The notes under the pieces were generated by a model. It did no database searches and had not been told where the DNA came from. It saw only the letters and a program-made list of their open reading frames with translations. 64,000 nucleotides of DNA from positions 52,881 to 116,880 of the forward strand of contig JAQGDQ010000662.1 of the NCBI GenBank assembly GCA_030141605.1, written 5' to 3'. This document shows positions 25,901 to 37,900 of this stretch, in pieces. The translations under genes and the position numbers were made by a program. Position 1 is the stretch's first letter, and each line of letters opens with the position of its first letter. The DNA is from Tubiluchus corallicola. Its lineage: Eukaryota; Animalia; Priapulida.

Positions 25901-28900
25901 TGAATTAATCAAATCAATTATCTTAGATTTGAAAGAAATTCGAATTAAAAGAAATCGAATTTGATTTGAATGGTCGATGCTCATCCCTGGTCTCCTTTAG
26001 GCAGTCTGAACGTGAGCAACAGTTGTCTCTAGTGTGAACTAGGCATAAGTTGCAGTTCGGCAAAAGTTGTTTTTTTACATGGGCTGCCATTTAGCAAGCT
26101 AACTAATATAGATGGTTGTGGCCAGACTGGGCTCTAGCTCATGATTTGAGCTAACCCTCTAAGATGAGCCACTGAACTGGCCAGTGTTACTTTAGATTTT
26201 TCCAAATCCCTGTGCATCTACCCTCAATGGACTACTGTGGGCAGTATGGCAGATGAAACCATCTAAAAGCAGTATTGTTCGTGGTTGCTCATCCTTTTAC
26301 TGACAAGCCTTGGCTTGCTTAACTTCAGTTCCCGAGCACGCATTATGACCACTGAGCTGTTTGTCTCCTCTTTTTCTGAGTGCGTTAACAATATTATCCT
26401 TTGCTATTTGTTTCATGTATGTGCAAAATGTGCCTTTTTGGCCTATGGCGAAAGGTTTAGTGTTGTTCGTGGGTGAACCATTAACAGCAACATCTGTTTT
26501 ATGTGGGGGAGGAGGGTGAAGGCTCTCAAATAATTACAAAGGTTTTTATTATTTCTGATGCAAAGATGCATTTACTAAAGTTTATCTATTAGCCTTTTTG
26601 TTCCCACGGCTTTCTGCCGTCCAAATGACATCTGTAAAAATGCAGGCTGCAATGGCATTCTAACTGGTAAAGTTGTTGTCTCAAAAGTGTTTCAAGTCAA
26701 GCAATTGTCGATCACTCAGTGTTCAGTTTGTTCCGCAACAGAATCGCAAGCTACTTCCGTCGCAGCCCTCGGACCGCGAAAAAAACGAAAGACGACGAGA
26801 AACTTCTCCAGGAGAGCTACGGAGGCGACTACCTCCCCGATTTGCCACTGCACTTGGAGAAGAAATTTGTACCAAAGAATCCATTTGGCAGCGATTTGAG
26901 CAGCGAGGAGGAAGAGGCGGAGAAAATGACGGTGAAGCCGACGAAGTTTACGCAAATACGCTCCGTTACTGAGATGAAGAAGGAGAGAGCTCCCCAGCCT
27001 CCGTAGTAAATATTTTCTGCCTCTGGCATCTTTTGTCTAACCAGAGTGCAGTGTGTGGCTTAACTAACAGAACATACTGAACAATTCAATAAAATTGGTT
27101 TTGCTTCCTTAAACTTACTGTTTTGTGTCTCAGCTAACAGCATGAAAACTGAAAGAAATAGAGAATTTAAACTCTTTCCTTTGATTAGTTTGCTGCTCAA
27201 TGTCTCGCTTTGTCCATTCTTGTCCACTCTTGACTGGCTCACTGCGATATTTTGACGTTCGGCTGCTTGTGTGCTTTGTTTCATCATTCTGCCGCATTTC
27301 CCGCACTCAGTGCTGTGTAGCACACAGCAGTAGTGTTTAAAAATCCAACATGCTCATGCAAGAGCGGTAGTCTTCGTGGAATGCAGTCCTGTCCTGGCGT
27401 ACGTATAATCATTAGTCTACTACGAACTTGGTTTTTTGAATTTTGTGACTTGCATGGCCAACTAACACAAGTTGCTCTAGCGTGATTTCAATTCGATTCG
27501 AGTTGTGTTTCATTCTTGTAGGACTAGCCGTCAAACGCTTCCTTCTTGCTTGATTGTTTTAGCCTTTAAGGAGCCGCAAAATGATCGAATTTGAAATTGT
27601 GCTTTGAAGCAAAGCACTGTTGAAAGTTGCTTTTCTAACTAACTGCTTGCATTGACTTACTACTAACTGAATGGTTTGAAGCATCTTTAATGTAGTTTGG
27701 AGCAACGATGTACGTCTTCAGACTGTTAACTGTCATGCCAGTTTATTGCAGAAAAACAGTTTACAATTGATTGTTCATTAAAGAAGATGTGCTGTTGGTT
27801 GTTGTTTGGTTTTCTGACGAATTCTTGTTAACGATTCTTGTTGTACGGGGTGGCTCGTTTAAAGCTGCTAGCACCAGGTGGGGGAACTTTTTTAAAAAAT
27901 GTCATAGTAAATCATCAAAACAACTGGTGTAACAAACACGTTTTTTAGAAGAACAAACATAAATTTTTTTGGATGTTGGCTTCCCTATTTGGATAATGTT
28001 TTTTTATTTTTTTGCACAGCAAGTCCTGTATTTTGATGCAAACTCCTGTTTTTAGAACAATACCCGTCACATTTTGGTCAATGAATTTCCTGTTCGAACA
28101 GTGGGCAGTGCCAGTCAGAGACCAATAAGCAAGCGGGTCATCAGCGGACGAGCCACCCCGTTTTTTGTTCACTTTGTTTGCTGTTCGATGTTTTTTTCAT
28201 AATTTCTTTTGATGTTCCTTCACGGTGTTTTTTAATGAAAGTCGTATTACGTCATCAGCCGCACTCAAGTCGTTATTATCGTGACGTGAATTTAAGGTTA
28301 ACGTGTTTTCACAGCAAGAAGATTCAGCAACATCGAGAAGAGTCGCCCGGGAATCCCTTTGCGTCGGACACGGACGAGGAATTCATAGATGCCGAGGATG
28401 ACGAGTAGGTGGCGTCCTCTATAGGCATGAGTTTGTGTTATAAAGTACATTGTTTCACTCCGTTTATTGTTTCACTTCTTTACTTCGGTTTGCACGAACT
28501 GTTATTGTCAGTCATGATACTTTTATAAGCTGCATGATATTGGCAACTTGATCACGTTAAAACACATCGTTGTCAGTGCCTTGCACAATAAACCTTTTCA
28601 CAGCTCCAGCGATTGACGATGATCGTGAAAAGGTCAAAGGGTAAGTGTACCAGACAACTTAAATTTGTACACTTGACAATGCTTCCCAGCCCAGGCTATT
28701 GTATTAGTAACAGTTTTAACAGTTAGCTAGAAACTTACCTAGTTCGTTTTTTCTTGTTCCTTAGCAAGATCCTGCTAGTAAATCACTCTACGTGCAGACT
28801 GATGCATAATTAAGTAAAGTCCACATAAAACAACTGAAGTTACTGAACTGATGCGCCAGAAGTTTTTTTTGTAATAATATATCACGTGACGGTTGTAGTT

Positions 28901-31900
28901 AAGACGCGTTGCTGTGGTACAGTTAATCTTTGACCTACAACAACTGTGTGTGCTCATAGCGAAACTGTGAAAGGGCTTATTGATGATTTGATGTTTCATC
29001 TGTGTCAACGTCACAGTCACTTCAGGAAAACACTTGATGGAATTTTTACTGCCACTCATCACATCACTAACAACACATTTCTAGTTTATTAGCAAGGACT
29101 CTGAGGTTAATGCATGTCACCTCACCAATTGCGATGTCGTTTAGATTGATGCTTTTATCTCTTGAATGTTATATTTCTGATGTGATCGTGTCCCGTGTCT
29201 GAAAATAGAGATGTTAAACCATTCACCATAATGGTACAGTGCTATACTCTTTTCTAACGATACGATAATGATAATCTGTTTTTCACACGATATGATAAAA
29301 TACTTCCGAACGATAAAAACGATACTGTTAGGTGTGGTTAGTTATTGTAACTTATGACAAAGTTGTCTTCTTTGTTTAGTCATAAAACAATATTAATATG
29401 TGAGTTGTGACAGACAAATGTGTTACGTGTACATCTATTACTACATAATACAGTTAACCTCGGATATAAGGGACACCTCCGGACTGACTGAAGATAGCCG
29501 CTATTGCAGGAAGAAAGAACAAGAAGATTATTCGAACTATCTTATAAATAACTCTTTTTTAATTTTTACATAATTCCTGTGCATAAATGAAAAAGCAAAG
29601 TGAAATGATTTTATAATGGTGAGCGATGAGCAGGGATACGTACTAAATTTGATAGACAATGATATTCCTAGAATAATATCAATACGATAACAATAAAAAC
29701 TGATTTTACGTATTGATAACGACCATCAATAATGATCAATAACATCCCTATTTGAAAATGTTAGCTGGTTTTCGTGTACTGGATGTGTTGCGTACAATTT
29801 CTTGGAAAACAAAACCCGCACCTTGCCTAGTTTGTGTTTCGCTCACTAGAGGTCAGTTTGCATTTACAGCCTATTGATATATAACTTGATACAGTGTCTT
29901 GTTAAAATACGCATTTCTTGGGATACACTATGCGTTTCTTTGGGTACACTACGCATTTCTTGGGGTACACTACGCGTTTCTTGGGGTGCACTACGCATTT
30001 CTTGGGGTACACTACGCATTTCTTGGGGTGCACTACGCATTTCTTGGGGTACACTACGTATTTCTTGGTATGCACTATGCGTTTCTTGGGATACACTATG
30101 CGTTTCTTGGGGTGCACTACGCATTTCTTGGGGTACACTACGCGTTTCTTGGGATACACTACGTGTTTCTTGGGATACACTACGCGTTTCTTGGGGTACA
30201 CTACGCGTTTCTTGGGATACACTACGCGTTTCTTGGGATACACTACGCATTTCTTGGGATACACTACGCATTTCTTGGGGTGCACTACACGTTTCTTGGG
30301 GTACACTACGCGTTTCTTGGGGTACACTACGAGTTTCTTGGGGTACACTACGCGTTTCTTTGGGTGCACTACGCATTTCTTGGGGTGCACTACGCATTTC
30401 TTGGGGTGCACTACGAGTTTCTTGGAGTACACTACGCGTTTCTTGGGGTACACTACGCGTTTCTTGGGATACACTACGTGTTTCTTGGGATACACTACGC
30501 GTTTCTTGGGATACACTACGCATTTCTTGGGGTGCACTACGCGCTTCTTGGGGTACACTACGCGTTTGTTGGGGTACACTATGCGTTTCTTTGGGTGCAC
30601 TACACATTTCTTGGGGTGCACTACGCATTTCTTGGATACACTACGTGTTTCTTGGGATACACTATGCATTTCTTGGGGTACACTACGCGTTTCTTGGGGT
30701 ACACTACGAGTTTCTTGGACTACACTACGCGTTTCTTTGGGTGCACTACACATTTCTTGGGGTGCACTACACATTTCTTGGGATACACTACGCGTTTCTT
30801 TGGGTGCACTACGCGTTTCTTGGGGTACACTACGCGTTTCTTGGGATACACTACGTGTTTCTTGGGGTACACTACGTGTTTCTTGGGATACACTACGCGT
30901 TTCTTGGGGTATGCTACGCGTTTCTTTGGGTGCACTACGCGTTTCTTGGGGTACACTACGCGTTTCTTGGGATACACTACGTGTTTCTTTGGGTGCACTA
31001 CGCATTTCTTGGGGTACACTACGCGTTTCTTGGGGTACACTATGCATTTCTTGGGGTGCACTACACGTTTCTTGGGGTACACTACGTGTTTCTTTGGGTG
31101 CACTACGCGTTTCTTGGGGTACACTACGTGTTTCTTGGGATACACTACGTGTTTCGTTGGGTGCACTACGCGTTTCTTGGGGTACACTACGCATTTCTTG
31201 GGGTACACTACGCATTTCTTGGGGTACACTACGCATTTCTTGGGGTACACTACGCGTTTCTTGGGGTACACTACTCGTTTCTTGGGGTACACTACGTGTT
31301 TCTTGGGACACACTACAAGAAAATTGGAACTTCTCATGGCACGTTAGCATAAAATTTAACGTTTTTACTATTTCATTTTATTTGTGCTGTGGAGATGTGA
31401 GCTGTCACGACTAGAATAGAATGACTGCATAAAAAATTCAACCTCCGCCAGGACTTGAACCTGGGGCTTCCCGCATACAGTGCACGTGCAGTACGGAGCC
31501 ACCATGGATGAAATCCCAGGCCAAATTCTGCAAGAGGGTTAAAAATTACCATCGTCACATTTTAGAAATAAGCATGAGTGTTTGTGTATCAGGTTACTGA
31601 ATCGCGTTATCTATGACCTTGAGATCATAGATACAAAATTACAGTAAACGCTTTGCATAGTGACAGCAGAATGCCATTTAGGTTGTGTCTGCTCAATGTC
31701 TCACAGGTGCACAAATAATTCACACACTGACTGTTAAATATAATTGATTGATGTCTGATGTGTTGAATTGCGTCAGATGAGGAAAGCCACATCTTTCACT
31801 TAATGCCTCTCTCTTATCTCTTACGATGCCCTATTTGTTTTCTCCGAGCAGTTTAGTGTAAGGTGAAAAATTGTTAAAGAATTTAAAATTGCACATTTTA

Positions 31901-34900
31901 AATTTAAAAAGTTAGAAACGTAGTTAGACTGCCATTAACGGTTTTTTGTTCGTTTGAAGATTTGAACATTAAACTTCTTAGGAAGTTGCAGGGTCCCTTT
32001 GCATTTTACCCTTTTCACTGTCGTAGCTCTTGTCACTGCTACAATTATTACCACAACTGTTAGAAAATGCTTTTGCTACAAACATGACTGGCTTATAGCT
32101 GCCTCGATGTGTCTTATTTTGTGTTAAATGTTACTTAATGCTACATTTATCTGGATAATGCATTTTGTGCATTTTTAAGTGGTGCTATCATTTCAAAATA
32201 TAGTTTTCAAAGAGCATTGGGGGTCTAAATCATGCCAATCAAAGCAACATACTCAAAGTAGCTAGCATGAGTCGTATGTCTCTGATCATAATGGTAATGA
32301 GTTTTTTCATAAAGCACAAGAAAGGCCTTTTCATACATTAAACTGAAAATAATCGGAGCATTCGTAGCGCCATCTTCACTCACTAAGCAAAAATATAAAT
32401 TGCTTTGTACTGTCAGTGAGATTAAAAATACGTTTTTTGGTGAGTCAGTGGTGCACTCTGGGAAGGTGAGTCAGTGACATTTTACCAGTTGGTGCAATTA
32501 TATTATTTTAAATGATTAAGAATATTCTTTTCAAATTACATAAGGCTTTTTAGCAGGTAACCATCATTTTAAATAATATAACTTTCTAACATTAAACTGA
32601 ATTGAATTGAAGTTGAATTGAATTCTATACCAAGTTTTTTTGGGACATACTTTTAAATAGCCTTTTCTTCCCCTTTAAGAATTAGCTGTTGTCTGCTGTT
32701 TTGCTACACGTACCAACATGTGAGGTAATATAGTTTATTTGTATTGGTAAATGAGATGATTATAGATAACAAGCGATGACAAGCATGAGCTTCGCGAAGC
32801 TGTGCTGAGGTTTTACGTTGCTGCGTTGCCGTTGCCGCGTCGTTACTATTCAGAGATTATTTTTAAAGTTGCAGCTTTTTGTTCTACTGTCGTGCGCTGG
32901 GGGTAGACATAATCGTTGTCGCCATTGTTCTATCTTTGGCAGCTCCCGCGTATTGATCTGTGTGTTAGTACTCGAAAACTGGGCAGAAACGTGCTTTTAT
33001 CACAGAGAGAGAAGCCAGCCAGCTAGATTGTAGCAGTTTTTCTACCTCGTTGATGAACAGGCACAGCTTCTAGAGTGTCTCTGCCCCGCAGGTGTGCGTG
33101 AAAGGTGTGCTTTCGTGGAAACGTGATCCACCTGCCCGCATGCTGCGTTAAGTCAGTGACGTCATCATGGGGTTCATTTGAAGTACAGATTCACTATTTC
33201 TTGTAGAATCAAAACTAGCTCTGGTGCGATATTCTGTGATATAACAGCTTCTTTGTTTGTATGATATGCTTTAATCCTTCATTGTAGGATATTCTATGAC
33301 TAACATTGTTCTATCATTCGACAAGATGTGGAAATAAATATTGTGATATTTTGCTTGATGTCACAAACATTCTCAGGCCGAGTTACAAACTGCTTACTGA
33401 ATTTAAACGTCTTTAAAGATTTTCAAATAATCTTTACAATTTATATGTGAAAAGATTTCTAATTGTCTGAGGTGATCTTTTCTATTTTGTTTCGTAAAAC
33501 AACAAAGATGCATCACATTGCTAGCTTAGAAGCGGTACTTTGAAAACACGTTGAGCGTGATTATATGACCGTTCTATATTTGACTACGTACGTAATCTAC
33601 TTACGTACGATAATTTCTTCGTTGAAACGTAGACACGGATTCCAATCTTTGTCGTTGGATTTATGCTGATAACAGGGATTCGACTTGTAATCTGAAGATC
33701 GAGTAATTTCTGAAGATTCATTTGCGTGAAGCTTTGTCTAGCGTCTAGCAACGGATTCTTGGAGATTGCTTGCGATTGGAGATTAGTCTGTGTTCGAAAT
33801 TCTCACATTTTTCCATCTCAAAATTACGAGGTTATTAGTTGTATTAGCAGACTTGAACGTAATGCAGTGGATAAGTACAGCGAATTGAAGGGGCCAGATG
33901 CATAATTATCTTGTAGATGGTGACACAGCGGACAGTTTCTTGGTGCAACTTCATTTGCTTTTGTACGTTTGAATGCAGCACCATCTAGTGCAACAAGTTG
34001 TACACTTTTGTCACAGCACTTCACTTTAAACTTTATCTTGACAGTATAAGATCTGTGAGTCTTATTAGCGTGCTTTGATTGCCTTCCGGGTGATGTTACA
34101 GTTGTGATCCGACAAACTCTTAACTTGTTGAACGCACAGCAGTTTTTCTTGTTGTTGCCGTTGCCATTGATGGCCATTGTTGTTTTTCTTGGTTACATTT
34201 AAATTTCTTATCTAACCGTACGGCGTTACCAGGCAACCGGGTAAACATGTAGCAACTTGCTGTGTTTTTAACCGCATGGATGTCCTCTTGGTTGAGATTC
34301 ATATGTCTGTGTTTTAGTGGTTGTTGTCTGCCACAGAAGAGCAACAGAGTTGGTACTGCTTACCACGGTGGCACCACTACTGCCCGTCACCCCCCAGACA
34401 TAATGCTGACACCTGCCACGCCTGCACCAGCTAGTATTTCGCGCAGTGGTTCACCAACTGCACCCACCGCACCACCAGCATCATCGAACAGGTACGCAAT
34501 GTAAGTGTGTTGTTTTTTGGCTGATGCACCACTTTATTTACTTGTGTTTCACTACCTACTGTTGTGCAGCAATTTACATTTTAGTTTAATATCTTTCTGC
34601 GCTATCAATTATTTTATCGTGCATCGTTACTGCAGTGCAGTAACAATGCACTGTAACGTTTGGCCTGTAACAGTGCAGATCAGTTTTTTCCATTCTACTG
34701 TTTGTGTGCAGTTGTTTGGCTCATTTGCTGTGTCACACTGTCTTGATGTTTAGCCTGCATTGTTACTGCAGTACTGTAACAATATACTACAAAGTCTGGC
34801 CTGGTACAGTGCAGGTCAGTTTTTTCGATGGTTCTCTACTGACTCCATGCCGTTGTTTGGTTCACTTGCTTTGTCATACTGTACTGATTTTTTGTCGTGC

Positions 34901-37900
34901 ATTGTTGCTGCAGTACGGTAACAATGCACTGCAAATGCTTGGCCTGTTACAATGTGGGTCAGTTTTTTCCATTGTTCTCTACTGTTGGGGTGCAGTTGTT
35001 TGGTTCAGTTGCTGTGTCACACTATTGATTTTTGTCGTACATTGTTGCTGCATTGCTGTAAAACTTGGCCTGTGATGGTGCAGGTCAGTTTTCTCATTGT
35101 TCTGTATTGTTTGCTTACAGTTGATTGCAATGCAGTGTCAAGGTTGCTGTGACTAAATGTTTTGGTAATACAGGCTTGTTTTGATGAGAGCAATCTTAGA
35201 CTAACTAAGCTATTTACCATTTAAATGTGATTATAATCCTAATAGATTGTCCTTTGCTCAAGCTTGCAAGTTTTGTAATATATTCTTTGGTGAAGTTTGC
35301 AGTTTTTGTAGAATATTCCTGCAGTCAAACTGCAGGTTTCCTATGTTAATTTTGGTCAAGCTTTTGTGGGCTGTTTCTGTACTCGAGCTGGCAACTTTTG
35401 CAGGCTATTTCTCTGCTCTGCTGCATATCTTGTCTGCTGTTCCTTTGCACAAAATTTGTAAGCTATGTCTCTGCTTGAATTTGCAAATTTTGCAGCCTAT
35501 TCCTTTGGTCAAGCTTGCAAGTTTTATAGGCTGTTCTTTTGCTCAAGCTTGCAGGTTTTGTAAGCTATTCCTTTGCTCAAGCTTAGAGGTCTTGTAGGTT
35601 ATTCCTGTGCTCAAGGATGTAGATTTTGTAAACTATTCCTTTGTTCAAGCTTGCAGGTTTTGTAATCAATAACCGTCATTCATGTTGCTAAATAAAAACT
35701 AAAGGCCTTGCAATACGAGTGGATGACAAGTCAAGCTTGTCATTTTTACTCTGGGCTATCACGACAACAGTAGCAGCAGCTTCTCTGGTTGCAGTTCGTT
35801 TAGCATGCTGCTGTTCTTGTCACTATGGAAACGTGAGAGCTACGGTTACAGATTTGTAAGCTCTCGTCAGTTTTTGTGATGCTACAATAATAGCCGTGAA
35901 TGTTGATCTCACTTAGGTGTAGAAAATAGAAAGCTCTGATAATATTTGTTTTCTGCATAAATTGCATCAGTCTTACGTTGATGGTAAGACTCTTAAGAGC
36001 CGCAGGGTTTAAATTTGTGTTTTATATTAATATACTCACAATAAGCCTTTTCGCAGTTCCAGCGATGGATGTTGATCGTGGAAAGGTCAAAGGTTAAGTG
36101 TGCCAGACAACGTATTTGTATACACTTGACAATGCCTCACCGCCCAAGCTATTGCAATAGTGACTGTTTTAAAAGGTAGCCAGAACACTAGTTCATTTTT
36201 TCTTGTTCTCAACAGGATCGTCTTAGTAAATTACTGTATGCACAGACTAATGCATAATTAAGTAAGTCCATGTAAAAGCACTGAAGTTACTGAACTGATG
36301 TGGCATTACCTGTAAATAGCTTTACACACATGTCACGTGACGGTTGTAGTTATAGCGCGCTGCTGTGGTACACTTGACCTTTGACCTATGCACAATCAAA
36401 CTGAAAAGGCTTATTAATGAAGTTTTGAAATCACACTTGATTGTGAACAGAAAATAGGAAAGAGCTGTGATTCGACTGGATTTGAACCAGATAGTTTTGA
36501 ATTGCAAAAGACTTCCTCGAGTGGCTGAAATTTAGCTCACTGTTCATGTTTTTATCTTTCAAAAATTTGTTTTAAAAATTTGGTTTCAAAAACGCAATAA
36601 CTGCGGGTTTGTTCCATCGTATTTATTCTTTCATTCATCAATCCACCCATAGATCATTCGCTTATCCGATCTTTCATTACTTCTTCACCCATTCATTCCT
36701 TCATTATCTTTTTCTTTTCACACGTAATACCTTCCCACTGGCTTATTCTAACCATTAATTATACTCATTTGTACAGAAAACATTCTGTGCATTAAAATCT
36801 ACAATGGTTGCGAGAATTCAGCACTTTGTTGGATGCATACATTAACTTTTTATACTCTTGTTATTATTCACTTATACTCTTGTTGATATTCACTTATACT
36901 TCTGCTGTTATTTGCATATTATAATCTTGCTGTTATTCACTTATTAAACTCGCGCTGTTATTCACTTATTATACTCTTGCTATTATTCACTTATACTCTT
37001 GCTGTTATTCACTTGTTGAGCTCTTGCTGTTATTCACTTATTGTACTCTTCCTGTTATTCACTTATACTCTTGCCATTATTCACTCATTATCCCCTTTGC
37101 TGTTATTCACATATGCTCTTGCTCTCATTCACTTTTACTCTTGTGTTATTCACTTATACACATATTTATTCTTTCATTCATCAATCCACCCATACATCAT
37201 TCGCTTATCCAATCTTTCATTACTTCTTCACCCATTCATTCCTTCATTATCTTTTTCTTTTCACTCGTAATACCTTTCCACTGGCTTATTCTAACCATTA
37301 ATTATACTCATTTGTACAGAAAACATTCTGTGCATTAAAATCTACAATGGTTGCGAGAATTCAACACTTCGTTGGATGCATACATTAACTTTTTATACTC
37401 TTGTTGATATTCACTTATACTTCTGCTGTTATTTGCGTATTATAATCTTGCTGTTATTCACTTATTAAACTCGTGTTGTTATTCACTTATTATACTCTTG
37501 CTATTATTCACTTACACTCTTGCTGTTATTCACTTATTATACTCTTGCTGTTATTCACTTGTTGAGCTCTTGCTGTTATTCACTTATTGTACTCTTCCAG
37601 TTATTCACTTATACTCTTGCCATTATTCACTCATTATCCCTTTGCTGTTATTCACTTATACTCTGGCTGTTATTCACTTATGCTCTTGCTGTTATTCACT
37701 TATTATACTCTTGCTGTCATTCGCTTATTATATCTTGCTATTCTGTTTAAGAACTGTTAAATTAAAAGTTCTGAGGTTGATTAAGATTCGTGTAATGAAT
37801 AATTAATTATCTAACTGTGTTTTTATATAGTCTCCAAATGTGATTCACTGTGTTAAATAAGGCACATCTGTCTTGATAAATATTGCTACACCCTCAAACA

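Noticed and set aside
26270-26345. Weak minus-strand resemblance to 5S rRNA (SINE3-like)
   Set aside because: Short and highly degenerate; cannot be supported without an alignment.
26673-27029. Several overlapping ORFs in other frames and strands
   Set aside because: Shadows of the GC-rich candidate exon A; only the NPF frame fits the phase of exon 8.
28020-28200. Extra AG acceptors upstream of exon B
   Set aside because: The phase-2 frame reaches a stop after about 35 codons with no recognisable motif or donor.
29864-31414. Six long ORFs (205-498 aa) on both strands
   Set aside because: Products of a stop-poor 21-bp (7-codon) satellite open in several frames at once; no evidence of a real exon.
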